From the NCBI GenBank assembly GCA_965206695.1, contig CBDBKM010000001.1, forward strand, positions 1 through 64,000: a stretch of DNA of 64,000 nt. Reading direction: 5' to 3'. The stretch's first letter is position 1; every line of letters begins with the position of its first letter. The notes below the pieces were generated by a model that made no database searches, was not told the origin of the DNA, and saw only the letters and a list, made by a program, of their open reading frames with translations. This stretch comes from Chlamydiales bacterium. GTDB taxonomy: Bacteria > Chlamydiota > Chlamydiia > Chlamydiales > JAAZZY01. The position numbers and the translations under genes were made by a program. This document shows positions 1 through 9,923 of the stretch, piece after piece.

Positions 1-1752
1 TGTAAAGGGTCCCGGTTGAATAGAACTCAGAAGAGATATACAAATTGAAGGAATCCTAATAGTACCTCTACCTATTCGATCAAAAATATAATCATTTTTT
101 CCATTCCAACCTTCTAAAAAAAATGAACGATCATTTTCATGTCCCTGCTTATCAAAAGATCGTAATAATCCCATTAATTCGTCTCTATACATTAAGGTTC
201 CATTAGGATTCTCTAATAGTATCTCTCCTAATTTTTCTATTGTTGCATCATTGATATAAAGACGTGCAAGAATAGGTTTAATATACTGATCCTCTAATTT
301 AATAAATTGATTTTTAAGATTATTTATTTCATTTTCTTGCTCAAATGGAGATAGTTTTTTATCCTTTAAAACTTTTTTTATATTCTCTTCAATAACCTTT
401 TTCTTTTGAACCAACATCTTCTCTTCAAACTTATAACCCTCCATTTCTTCATAAAATTTATCAAACGCACCTGCTTGTATTTTTTCAAGAAGTGATAATA
501 CAGATAAGATGGCAGGTGATTTCATCAAAGAAGGGCGTCCAATACAAACTCCCCATAAATTGGGAATAACAGACCAATCATCCAATTTTTTTGGAAAAAC
601 TCTAACTTTTCTTCCAAGTAATGAACTAATAATAATAATTATGGACACAGCAATATAATCCGGAGGCACTTGCATTCTTTCTGAAACATCAGATATGAAC
701 CTTCGTAATACTCTTGGTAACATCTCTTCTTGCATAGGTAGTACAGGATGCAGTACCGATGGCAAAGGAATAGGATTTGGCCACTCAGCATCACTAGAAA
801 TATAATTCTGAGAACTACTTTTAGAAGAATATATGAATGCTTTTGAAATAGTCCGATCTCGGTAATCTTGTCGCTTCCATTTATCACGATAAAGGGCTGA
901 CTGTCTAAATAATCGATCAATTTGACCTGCATCTTGTGTATAAAAAGCTAATAAATTACACAGTGCTTGATCACCTGCTGAATCATCTCCGGAGTAGGAT
1001 GCAAGCTCACCCAGTTCAAATAGTGATATAAACTTGTTTGAATTTTTTGCTTGTTTCGCTTTAACAAGAAGTGCGTCATCGGAGATGATTAGTGGCATCT
1101 TTTGGGTACCGGTAGACTTCAATTTATTAGAAACTCCCGGATATTTAGCTACGATCTTGTTTACGGGTTCTGATATATCTCTAAATGTGTTAATATCTCC
1201 ATAAACAGTATTCGTAATAATAGCGAACCGCCCCCTATCATATACTTCTACCTGCCCCTTGCGGCATAATTTAGAATTCTTTTTTCCTTTACCATAAATA
1301 TGAAGACCTGAACTTGATTGGCTTATCTCTGTATAGGATTTGCAATCCTCCACTATCTCTAAAGCCCATTCTTCTATATCACCTGTATTTGTATTTCGAA
1401 CATGATCAAGATCAATAAATATTAAATTATCTTCTTTTGTTAAAGCAAATCCAATATTATTTGGCTTATAATTAGAATAATTTCCTGTTTTTAATTTATT
1501 AATCATTTCAATAACTGAAGTAAAGGTGCCCCATGTTGTTGAATCATTAATGCTCGCTAAATTAAAGTCATTGGGAGAAATAGGTAGCTTTTTAGTTTTA
1601 CCATCATTACCTATTTGTACCTGAAACCCCACCCATAAAGGCTTTTCTGCATATTCTTGAAAAGCTTGTGGCAAATAATTGCAATACTTGATATCATCTT
1701 TTTTTGATGGAATCTTGTGATAAGGCAAGCATAAGGGAGTTTGATCTATCAT
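1..1752 (-). CDS. PrimPol (NrS-1 polymerase-like primase) fused to DUF3987/YfjI ATPase-like domain; runs off the window's left edge and is absent from the ORF track
   Basis: Manual translation from the ATG at 1752 (ATGA overlap with the upstream HTH stop) is open to base 1. Primase motifs WGTF, IGFAL, FIDLDH, YTEISQSSSGLHIY, VEVYDRGRF; helix bundle DQALCNLLAFYTQDAGQIDRLFRQSAL; DUF3987 motifs WPNPIPL, PNLWGVCIGRPSLMKSP, INDATIEKL, RDEL. Confidence 0.85.
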   Translation of the reverse strand, partial: MIDQTPLCLPYHKIPSKKDDIKYCNYLPQAFQEYAEKPLWVGFQVQIGNDGKTKKLPISPNDFNLASINDSTTWGTFTSVIEMINKLKTGNYSNYKPNNIGFALTKEDNLIFIDLDHVRNTNTGDIEEWALEIVEDCKSYTEISQSSSGLHIYGKGKKNSKLCRKGQVEVYDRGRFAIITNTVYGDINTFRDISEPVNKIVAKYPGVSNKLKSTGTQKMPLIISDDALLVKAKQAKNSNKFISLFELGELASYSGDDSAGDQALCNLLAFYTQDAGQIDRLFRQSALYRDKWKRQDYRDRTISKAFIYSSKSSSQNYISSDAEWPNPIPLPSVLHPVLPMQEEMLPRVLRRFISDVSERMQVPPDYIAVSIIIIISSLLGRKVRVFPKKLDDWSVIPNLWGVCIGRPSLMKSPAILSVLSLLEKIQAGAFDKFYEEMEGYKFEEKMLVQKKKVIEENIKKVLKDKKLSPFEQENEINNLKNQFIKLEDQYIKPILARLYINDATIEKLGEILLENPNGTLMYRDELMGLLRSFDKQGHENDRSFFLEGWNGKNDYIFDRIGRGTIRIPSICISLLSSIQPGPFT

Positions 1753-1952
1753 TTTGGCTCCCTTTTATCCAACCATTCAAAAAATTTTGGAATGGAAATT
1801 AATATTCTTCTTTCTCCCGGCCGTCTGATGAAAGAATTAGCTCCATTTTGCTTTGCATTAAATAATAACCATCTAAGCTGAGACTCTCGTACAAAAGGAT
1901 ATTGAGTACAAAAATCTCTAATTGATAAATATTGATCTGAAAAATTCTTCAT
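1749..1952 (-). CDS. Small HTH DNA-binding protein (excisionase/AlpA-like)
   Basis: 67 aa, YLSIRDFC...QLRWLLF...RRPGERRILI...FFEWL; directly upstream of the primase; similar to 24570..24785. Confidence 0.7.
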   Translation of the reverse strand: MKNFSDQYLSIRDFCTQYPFVRESQLRWLLFNAKQNGANSFIRRPGERRILISIPKFFEWLDKREPK

Positions 1953-2091
1953 TAATAACCCCTATAGTTAGGACTGTCTTTAATGGTGAATGTAATATAG
2001 ATGGGTTATTTTTGTTGAGGAACTGATATAGAATTCTTATCTTACTTTCGACACAAGCTCGAACATAATATACTTATTATAAGCAGGGTAC

Positions 2092-3165
2092 TTATAAACG
2101 AACCAATTGTTCCGCCAACTTAAAAGCTGTGGGTTTGAGTGATTTCAAGGAAATATTCCTACTCCAAGAAAGCGATATTGACGCTTGTTGTAATATTCTT
2201 TTAATTTGATTAATAGATACGGGTTTTACTGTATTATTAGATGTTGTAAATATAAACCCTTTACGACGCATACCTACAAGAGCTCTCAATCTTTTTAAGT
2301 AACTAGAAGAGCAGACAATCGGCTGTTTACTTACTAAATTTATCATACTGTTATTAAAGTCAATATCCTCAATTTTTATATTTAAGATTTCGGAATTAAG
2401 AACCGATACCTTCTTATAAGGAGACGATGGATCGCTGAGATTCATCAGATTAAAACCCGAATATAAAAAAAGGCGATAGGCTAGTTCATCTCTTTCTGAG
2501 GCATTATTTTCTAAAAACTTCAGCAATCGCACACACTCCTTTAATGATAGACAATTGCTCTCAGCTTTATCTTTTTTTAAAGGAATTACCTGACCTACTG
2601 TTGAAGCTATTTGCACGTAAGGTAATCGATAATATCGCTTGCCATGTCCCAATATATAATCTATAAATTTTTAAAACTGTATCCACGCATTTTGCTTAGT
2701 AGCGTCAGACCAACCTGCTATTCTTTGAATGTTATGGTAACAATCAAGTATCCAATTCATATTAAAGCCAATTAAAAAATCAGATCGCTTGGTCTTTTTA
2801 TTAAAAATTAAAATTTTTTCATCCTTTAATCTGCTTAGTAAAAATATTTTTTGATATATTTGACCACTATCTTCAAATAAAAAATCATCAAAATATTTTT
2901 CTATATAACCATCCGTGCAATGAGATATAATCTCTTTATTTTTTTGAACTTGATATTGATAGTATTTGCGATTCAATTCTTGAAGTGACAGAAAATCACT
3001 AATAACAGGAAGGTCCAGTATGAGAAGACCTATATCTTTCTCTAAAGACTCTTTCATTATCTTGAGAAAGTGTTCATCCTGATGAGCTATATCAATTTTG
3101 GAATAAATATTTTCTAGCTCTACTATTTTTTTATTCCTCTCGTCAATATACTCACACCTCTTCAT
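2092..3165 (-). pseudogene. Degenerate tyrosine-recombinase-fold protein (pGP8-D-like), split by one in-frame TAA at 2671-2673
   Basis: ORFs 2671..3165 and 2092..2652 share a frame and read through as SDATKQNAWIQF*KFIDYILGHG; also RDELAYRLFLYSG and SEILNIKIEDIDF. HxxR is replaced by KSLK and there is no catalytic Tyr helix. Confidence 0.65.
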
Positions 3166-4256
3166 TCACTACTACCAAAAATCTTATTATTCATTTTTTC
3201 TACAACTAATACGCTGTGAGAATGACTCAAATGACTATACCTTCTCGACATTGATGGACTTTTATGTCCTGCCACTTCCATAACCTCCGGTAAAGAAGCT
3301 CCACTCATAATCATCCGGGAGCAGAACTCATGCCTTAAATCATGAAATCTAATGTTACCTATACCCGATCGATCGATCACTCTTTCCCATCCACCACGAA
3401 CCGAGGCAGGCTTTTGCACCTTTTGAACCTTTTGAAGTCGCCTAGGCTTTACTTCAGGAAATACTAATAGGGATGTTATCTTTTGATTGTCTTGATGTTC
3501 TTGTAAAACCTGATGCGCTAAACCCACAAGAGGGACCGAACGTCTTTCGTTATTCTTGGTATCGTGAATAACAATTCTATAATTTTCAAAGTCAATATCT
3601 TTCCAATATAAATTTAAAATCTCCCCCTGCCTCATACCTGTTGAAATAGCAAGAACGACAATAGGATAAATATTAGGGCTAGAGTCTTCCTTACAAGCTT
3701 GTAATAACTTCAATCTTTCTTCATTAGATAGAAATCGAACACGTCCACGAGGTTCTTTAAAATTAGATACCTGTAACATGGGATTATCATTCACCCACAT
3801 CCATTCCTTCATTCCAATAGTAAAAGCATGAGATAAAACAGCTAAATAGCGATTAACTGTGGACCTACTCCTTAAAGTGCCTCGATAAGTTATACCTTTT
3901 GCTAAAATATTTTTCTGATCTGTAATCATTGCAGGAGTAATATCGGCTAATGAGTAAGAACCTAATGCTGACTGCCACCACCTTAATTGATTTAGTTGAG
4001 ACTGCTTCTTACTTTTCTTTTGTGGTAATATATCTTCAACATAACGTTCGATAAGCTCATACAGAGTCCTTTTTTTAGATTCAGCTAACTTAAAATGCCT
4101 ACCTTCTCTTATTGCTGCTTCTGTTTGTTGAGCCCATCTCTTAGCGTCTGAGAATCTGCGATGAGTTGCAGATTGTGCCGGGAAGCCTTTTAATCTTATC
4201 TTAACACGGTATGTTATATCTCCTGATTTAGTTTCTCGTTTCTCAATCACCGCCAT
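3162..4256 (-). CDS. Tyrosine site-specific integrase
   Basis: STGMRQGEIL, FHDLRH, GHKSPSMSRRY catalytic motifs; N-terminal arm-binding region. Confidence 0.95.
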   Translation of the reverse strand: MAVIEKRETKSGDITYRVKIRLKGFPAQSATHRRFSDAKRWAQQTEAAIREGRHFKLAESKKRTLYELIERYVEDILPQKKSKKQSQLNQLRWWQSALGSYSLADITPAMITDQKNILAKGITYRGTLRSRSTVNRYLAVLSHAFTIGMKEWMWVNDNPMLQVSNFKEPRGRVRFLSNEERLKLLQACKEDSSPNIYPIVVLAISTGMRQGEILNLYWKDIDFENYRIVIHDTKNNERRSVPLVGLAHQVLQEHQDNQKITSLLVFPEVKPRRLQKVQKVQKPASVRGGWERVIDRSGIGNIRFHDLRHEFCSRMIMSGASLPEVMEVAGHKSPSMSRRYSHLSHSHSVLVVEKMNNKIFGSSE

Positions 4257-4398
4257 AATATACTCCTACTTAATTAAGAGCAGCAATCTATAACCACAGA
4301 CTGATAGAGTCAACTATAGAATTTTAATCCAAACACAATATTTTAATAGGTATCTTATTTATAAGATCTTATATAGTAAAAAAATAAATTAGGACTGT

Positions 4399-4504
4399 TA
4401 TGGGACATCAAAAGAAATAATCAGATGCTTTTGAACCTTTTGAATAGATCTTTAAGAAGATGAATAACTTAAGAGTTTTCTAGATGTCCCATATGTGTCC
4501 CATA
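4399..4504. repeat. Putative integrase arm-type sites: TGTCCCATA direct repeat (4485-4493, 4496-4504) and inverted copy (4399-4409)
   Basis: Seen directly between int and the att copy. Confidence 0.5.
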
Positions 4505-4572
4505 GAGGTTTTTTAATAGAAATATGAAAGGAGCTTTTAAGTGTGATTTTTAATCAGTTTTAGGAGAGGAAA

Positions 4573-4586
4573 TGGGGGCGGTTGGA
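4573..4586 (-). repeat. att-like 14-bp copy of the tRNA-Tyr 3' end (TCCAACCGCCCCCA on the minus strand)
   Basis: Identical to 27132-27145. Confidence 0.85.
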
Positions 4587-4716
4587 CGCATTCAGAACTT
4601 TTGATTGGAGGCGTATGAATGCTTTATTATTCCAATCCTCATTTATCCCTAATACTTTCCCTGTAAAATAATTCTTTTATATTTAATTCAATTAGCTTAT
4701 AGACTAAAGTAGTTGC

Positions 4717-5052
4717 ATGGAAATAATCGAACTACTCTACTACCAACTTCTTAATGGAAAAGAGCCGTTTATTCAATGGATCAATAAGTTAGGTAAAAGT
4801 AACCAGATTATAATTAACTCAAGAATCGCTCGCTTAAGGAGAGGAAACTTCGGTGATTGTAAACCGATCAAAGGGAGTAAGGGTATTTATGAAATGCGTT
4901 TTCATATAGCCTCAGGTTATCGAGTGTATTTTGCTAAAGAAGGTGATTTTGTTGTAATACTTTTAATTGCCGGCAATAAGGGAAGCCAGACTAAAGATAT
5001 AAAAAAAGCCAAAGAATATTGGTTAGATTATCAAGGAAGGAATAATGAGTAA
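4717..5052 (+). CDS. HigB/RelE-family addiction module toxin (copy 1)
   Basis: GNFGDCKPI, IYEMRFH, GYRVYF, LLIAGNKGSQTKDI. Confidence 0.9.
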   Translation: MEIIELLYYQLLNGKEPFIQWINKLGKSNQIIINSRIARLRRGNFGDCKPIKGSKGIYEMRFHIASGYRVYFAKEGDFVVILLIAGNKGSQTKDIKKAKEYWLDYQGRNNE

Positions 5053-5366
5053 AGCAAATAAATATACAGACTATCTATATGAAGAATTAGAAGACCCTGA
5101 ATTTGCCGAAAGGCTACTTGAATGAATGCCTTAAAGATGATGATTTGGGCGTTTTCTTACTTGCCATACAAGATGTAGCAAAAGCAAAAGGTGGTATGGC
5201 CTTTCTAGCTAAACACGCTAAAAAAAACAAAGAAAGTTTATACAAAACTCTTTCAAGAAAAGGGAACCCGTATTTAGGATCGATGAGAGATATTTTAAAT
5301 GCTATGGGATTTGAATTTAAAGTACAACAAATTGAAAACTCAAAAAAGAAGAAAAACCCCTTCTAA
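5045..5366 (+). pseudogene. Addiction module antitoxin (HigA-like), +1 frameshift near 5110
   Basis: ATG at 5045; gccgaaaggc here versus gccgagggc in copy 2; motifs GGMAFLAK and ESLYKTLSRKGNP. Confidence 0.75.
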
Positions 5367-5516
5367 AAAAACAATTAGAATGTCCGTATAACGATGAGAA
5401 ACCAAACATTAGTAGGTTTTACTAAATCTATAGGGTAATTTGGACACATGAATAAATACCCTATTGATTATTAGCGACATATCTATTTTTATGAAGTTGG
5501 CAGTGTCGACCTTGTG

Positions 5517-6440
5517 TTATTTTACAGTAATCTTTTTTTTATTGCTGTAATAGTAGTAAGTGAATGCCATTTTTTTGTTGGAAAAATCCTCTCGAATTGT
5601 TTTTTCTGCTAACTCTTTAGTTGAAAGAGATGAAAAGATGCGCTTCGGAGGACATCTAAGTACAGATTGCATCTTTTCCCTTAATAAGAAACCTGCGAGT
5701 AAGGACACAGAACCTATTAAAAAATAATACGAAAAGTAATATGTAATATGATCGTCAATAATCACGTTTTCCGGGAAAGATTCTATAAATCTACCACCAT
5801 CACAGGAAACAAAATATAGAGTCTTAAGAATAGTTTCATGATACTTTAACTGAAAAATATCTCTAAAAGCTCTATTATCCGGAAACTCATGTATCCACGG
5901 TTCATCAAATTTCAAGTTAGCGTCCAAATTGCTCTGAACTAAGGTGTATTCGGGAAAGGGAGAATAATGTAATAAGAAGCGCGGCTCTGAATCATGATTT
6001 GATTTCCAATTATCGACATCTTTTAAGTACGGTTGTATTTTTTCAAAAGGTGTCTTATCAATACCCCAACGCTCTGTATACATTTTTTCTATTTGATAAT
6101 CCTTAGCACATGCATTGGTATCTTTATTGCGAATATATATTCCAGCCCTAACAGGTTTTCCGGCGTGTGAATAATTATTCTCTAGCACAAAAGGTTTATA
6201 TGGTTCATTACGAATCGTCAAGATATCCACAGTCTTCCCCTCATACACTTCACTGCTTAAAGTTATGGTAGGCATTCGGCTGATAGGACAACTTTGTAAC
6301 CAATTAACCAATTGATCTTGACTCTTTCGATGCGGATCATTATCAACTCCAACAATAGTTCTTGGATTATCACTAACTCCAAAAACAATACATCGATCTT
6401 CATTGGTATCGGCATTGGCAAGGCTAAAAATATCTCGCAA
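5517..6440 (-). CDS. AlbA_2/Schlafen-domain protein, probably 5'-truncated
   Basis: DIFSLANA...CIVFGVSD...IVGV and IYIRNKDTN; the expected N-terminal E...xFK motif is not seen; an IS remnant lies upstream. Confidence 0.65.
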   Translation of the reverse strand: MRDIFSLANADTNEDRCIVFGVSDNPRTIVGVDNDPHRKSQDQLVNWLQSCPISRMPTITLSSEVYEGKTVDILTIRNEPYKPFVLENNYSHAGKPVRAGIYIRNKDTNACAKDYQIEKMYTERWGIDKTPFEKIQPYLKDVDNWKSNHDSEPRFLLHYSPFPEYTLVQSNLDANLKFDEPWIHEFPDNRAFRDIFQLKYHETILKTLYFVSCDGGRFIESFPENVIIDDHITYYFSYYFLIGSVSLLAGFLLREKMQSVLRCPPKRIFSSLSTKELAEKTIREDFSNKKMAFTYYYYSNKKKITVK

Positions 6441-6479
6441 TAGATCTGCTAAGCTTCCGGGAAAGCATTCTGAGAAAAA

Positions 6480-6960
6480 ATTTAAACCATATCCTATAAC
6501 TAGGTTATTTTCATATTGACATAGCAGAAATGGGACACCGGGTGTAGCAGCATGATTTCTTCTAGGAATAACAGCTGTTTTACATGATTTTCTGATAGTG
6601 CTTTTCTCGCTTCAAAATAGTCGGAACCTTTATCAGCAATAATCTATTCCATTCCTTCCCAACAACCTTTCTTCCAAAGCTTTGGAAATAGTTTCATATC
6701 AATACGTTGACCTTCAGATAAAACAGCACGATTGAGTTTACCTGGTGACAAGGCAATAGGAATCTTTGTACTTAAAACCTTTACGCCCTCTCCTCTTTGC
6801 CTGCGGTCCTGTTTTAAGCCTTCCAGCCTCATGGTGATGGAGTAAGATAGTTGTGCTGTCTATCCAGGCAAATCAATTGTGATAGCTTTTTTTGCTGTAA
6901 TGCATAACAAAAGATGTCAAAAAAGACCATTGTCGCTCCATCTTATTAAAACATGTATAG
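6480..6960 (-). pseudogene. Decayed IS5-family transposase remnant; limits approximate
   Basis: Minus-strand IIADKGSDY DDE motif near 6620-6645; many stops. Confidence 0.45.
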
Positions 6961-7490
6961 ATTGAGTGTGCCATGAATCAAACTCGGCCGGTAAATCCCG
7001 CCAAGGGATTCCTGTTCTTAAAACATATAATGCACAAAAAAATTGCTGTGTGCTGATAGGATAATAACGATGATTCATCTATAACCTTCTTATAGAAGAA
7101 AGTTGAAAAATATTTTATTATACAATCTATTATTTTGTTAACAGTGCCATATGCAGAAGTTTTCATTTGGGGATTGATTATTTCCTTAAGCAACTGATAA
7201 TCAGATGATAGAAGATGGATTAAAAATAGAATATTTTTAAATAAAGAATAGCTTAAATGAAATAGTTTAAGCAAAATCAATATAAAAAGATGAATCTATT
7301 AAAGTTTTATTTTTAAAGAAACTTTTTTCAATAAAGGTAACAAATCTCATAACTTTTTAATTATCTGTAGGTTAATTGTATTCGAATAGATATAAAGATT
7401 TTTACTTTTCTTTATATTTTATAAACAACAATTATTTATAATGATATGCATAATTTATTAAACTAAAATTATAAAACTAATAGGGCATTT

Positions 7491-9650
7491 GTGTTTTTAA
7501 AGAATATTTTTTGTAAATTAGTAAATCCAGATATTAAGATAGTTAAAGTGAGAGATGACGAGCTTGCAGTTAGAAGCTATGATGGAAGGGTATATATAGC
7601 TAAAAAAGAAGATTCAACTTTATTGAATACTAAGAATATTAACCTGATGAAAAAGATGACGGGATGTAATACAAAAATAGCGGGATGTAATACAAAAATA
7701 GAAAAAGGCCGAATAGGGAGAAGAGTTGTTTCAATTCAGACAGCAGAATCAACTATGAAAAATACAAAACATTATAAAAGTGTAGATGCAGAATCTAAAG
7801 CATTATTTTTTCAGCAAATAGGGGATTGTCGAGTAGAAAAGAAATCTCTAGAAAAGGCTATTCAAGACCTAAAAGCTGAAAAACAAGATGAAAAATTGAA
7901 AGATGTCAATCTACCCGGTAATATCGAGGAAACGGTTGAAAATATTCAAAAGCAAATTCAAGAGATCCAAGACTTGAGTGAAACCATTGAGAATCAGGAT
8001 ATCGAGGGGCTAAATAAAAAGATCCAAATGCTTTATAAACATACCAAAGAGATGAGTGAAACCATTAAGAATCAGGGTATTGAAGGTATCGAGCAACCAC
8101 TTTCTGGGCTTCGGCTTAATATTAAATCTATCAAGAATCAGGGATGGAATGTTAAAAATCTAAGAGATATCTCATCTATACTTAAGTATAAAAAAGATAT
8201 CAAAATAGTGATTAGAATTGTCCAAGATATCTGTCGCATTATCAAACAATGGACTGTCCAAAGGCAGAGTGAAAATATCCGGGGTAAAAATACCGGAGAG
8301 CTGAATAGAAAAGGTTCACTGAAACAGACTATGCAAAAACTACCGAAACAGGAAGTAGAAAAGGAATCTTATTTAGATTGTGTAAGTAAAGAGTATAATG
8401 GAAAGATATATATTGTTAAAAAATCAGATAGAAATTTATTGAATGATATTGATGTGCTTAAAAGCATCGAGAACGCAGATATCAAGAAAGTAAGTGAAAA
8501 CGGTTTAGTAAAAAAATTGCGAGAACGAGTTGCTGTAATTCCAACAAAGGATTTATCTAAAGAAAATCAAAATACGCGTTTGTATTATGGGGCTGCAAGC
8601 AAACTAGAAACGGTTAAGGAAACATCTTTTTTAAAAAAACGATTTGAAAAGGTCAAAAACTATATAAAAAATAATACTACTGAAATAGATGGTTTAAAAG
8701 TGGCATTTAGAAAATATAATGGGCATATCGTTATAGTTGCAAAAAAAAATGAAGAATTATTGAATGATGCCATAAGTATATGGAAAGCAAATCCCGATCT
8801 GGAAGATATAGAAACGTTATTCGCAGGAAAGCTAATTTGCATTTCTACAAAGGAATCACTTATAAAAAATAGTAAGAGCGGGTTTTATAGATCTTTATAT
8901 ACATATGATCCAGGTCGTTTTATGAGATTGGGACCTTATAACGTACAAATAAATGCTTTATCTATAGGTTTGGGCAAGCTAAAAAAAAGAGCATCTGCAA
9001 AACCGCAAGAATTAGAAAATACCGAGCTGCTAAAGACATTCAATAAAGAGAATTTTGTGCACTTCGAACATAAAGGACTGATCATAGTTGCTCATAAAAA
9101 AGATGGGAAATATGCGAAGGATTTTATAAAATTTGCTAGATTAGATGAAGGTAAAGCATTTAAAATAATGCCTAATCGTGATAAAGTAGCTATAATTCCA
9201 ACAAAAGAATCTCACGAAAGCAGGATCATCGCGTACCACAATAAGGAAATCGACCAACTTAATGAGAAAATCACCCAATACAATATGAGAGTAATAGTGC
9301 CGAATCAGGTAGAAAACCCTAAAAAAGCAGATCTGTTGGAGTTTCTAAAACCTTTTAAGCATATAGAATCACACAAAAGCATTGAGGAATGCAATGAGAC
9401 AATCGCGCAATACAATAAAGAAATCGAGAAATACAATGAGAAGATAATGCAAGATAAGTTAGAAGAAGCAGATGAATCTGAGTTGATAGAATCTTTTAAT
9501 GATATAGCAATAGTAGATAATAAAGTAGCAGATAGTATACCAATACAAATAAAGGGAAGAAAACCTATATTAGTAACCGAAAGTGGATTAAGAGCAGCTC
9601 AACACAAGTTAATATACAAAAAAAATGAAGTTAATCAATGGTTGGTATAA
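7491..9650 (+). CDS. Lys-rich orphan protein with four divergent internal repeats and coiled coils
   Basis: Open 719-aa frame with a repeated YxGx(V/I)xI...KK...IxTKES module. Confidence 0.75.
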   Translation: MFLKNIFCKLVNPDIKIVKVRDDELAVRSYDGRVYIAKKEDSTLLNTKNINLMKKMTGCNTKIAGCNTKIEKGRIGRRVVSIQTAESTMKNTKHYKSVDAESKALFFQQIGDCRVEKKSLEKAIQDLKAEKQDEKLKDVNLPGNIEETVENIQKQIQEIQDLSETIENQDIEGLNKKIQMLYKHTKEMSETIKNQGIEGIEQPLSGLRLNIKSIKNQGWNVKNLRDISSILKYKKDIKIVIRIVQDICRIIKQWTVQRQSENIRGKNTGELNRKGSLKQTMQKLPKQEVEKESYLDCVSKEYNGKIYIVKKSDRNLLNDIDVLKSIENADIKKVSENGLVKKLRERVAVIPTKDLSKENQNTRLYYGAASKLETVKETSFLKKRFEKVKNYIKNNTTEIDGLKVAFRKYNGHIVIVAKKNEELLNDAISIWKANPDLEDIETLFAGKLICISTKESLIKNSKSGFYRSLYTYDPGRFMRLGPYNVQINALSIGLGKLKKRASAKPQELENTELLKTFNKENFVHFEHKGLIIVAHKKDGKYAKDFIKFARLDEGKAFKIMPNRDKVAIIPTKESHESRIIAYHNKEIDQLNEKITQYNMRVIVPNQVENPKKADLLEFLKPFKHIESHKSIEECNETIAQYNKEIEKYNEKIMQDKLEEADESELIESFNDIAIVDNKVADSIPIQIKGRKPILVTESGLRAAQHKLIYKKNEVNQWLV
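7660..7701 (+). repeat. 21-bp in-frame tandem duplication (CGGGATGTAATACAAAAATAG x2)
   Basis: Seen directly; encodes GCNTKI twice. Confidence 0.9.
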
Positions 9651-9923
9651 TTTGTAGTAGTTCAAATTCATCCGATAACTTCCAAATTTGGAAGAAACTA
9701 ACAACCGGTTAGATGGTTTTTTGGTTGGGCTTTTATGTCTTCTTAATTGACCGTGTTATGTTATTTAATATGATGTCTTTTGAAGGTGTTTCTTTCTGAT
9801 CTTAAGAGATTTATCAAAGGTTAATGTTTCCAAACTCCTTCTGTGATCAATCCTGAGAAAGGGTTCAATGCTCAACATGGGCTTTCCAATCGGGTTTTTT
9901 AAAATGATGAATAGTTAAGGGAA

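Larger units (their letters stand above)
1..4586 (-). mobile_element. Integrative element C (int, recombinase-like protein, HTH, primase-DUF3987); continues beyond window start
   Basis: Gene order parallels the 22.2-27.0 kb module; bounded on the right by a 14-bp copy of the tRNA-Tyr 3' end. Confidence 0.75.

Noticed and set aside
639..932. 97-aa ORF in the ORF track
   Set aside because: Out-of-frame shadow inside the PrimPol-DUF3987 gene.
6978..7280. 100-aa minus-strand ORF
   Set aside because: TTG start, low-complexity AT-rich translation, no motif; cannot be supported.
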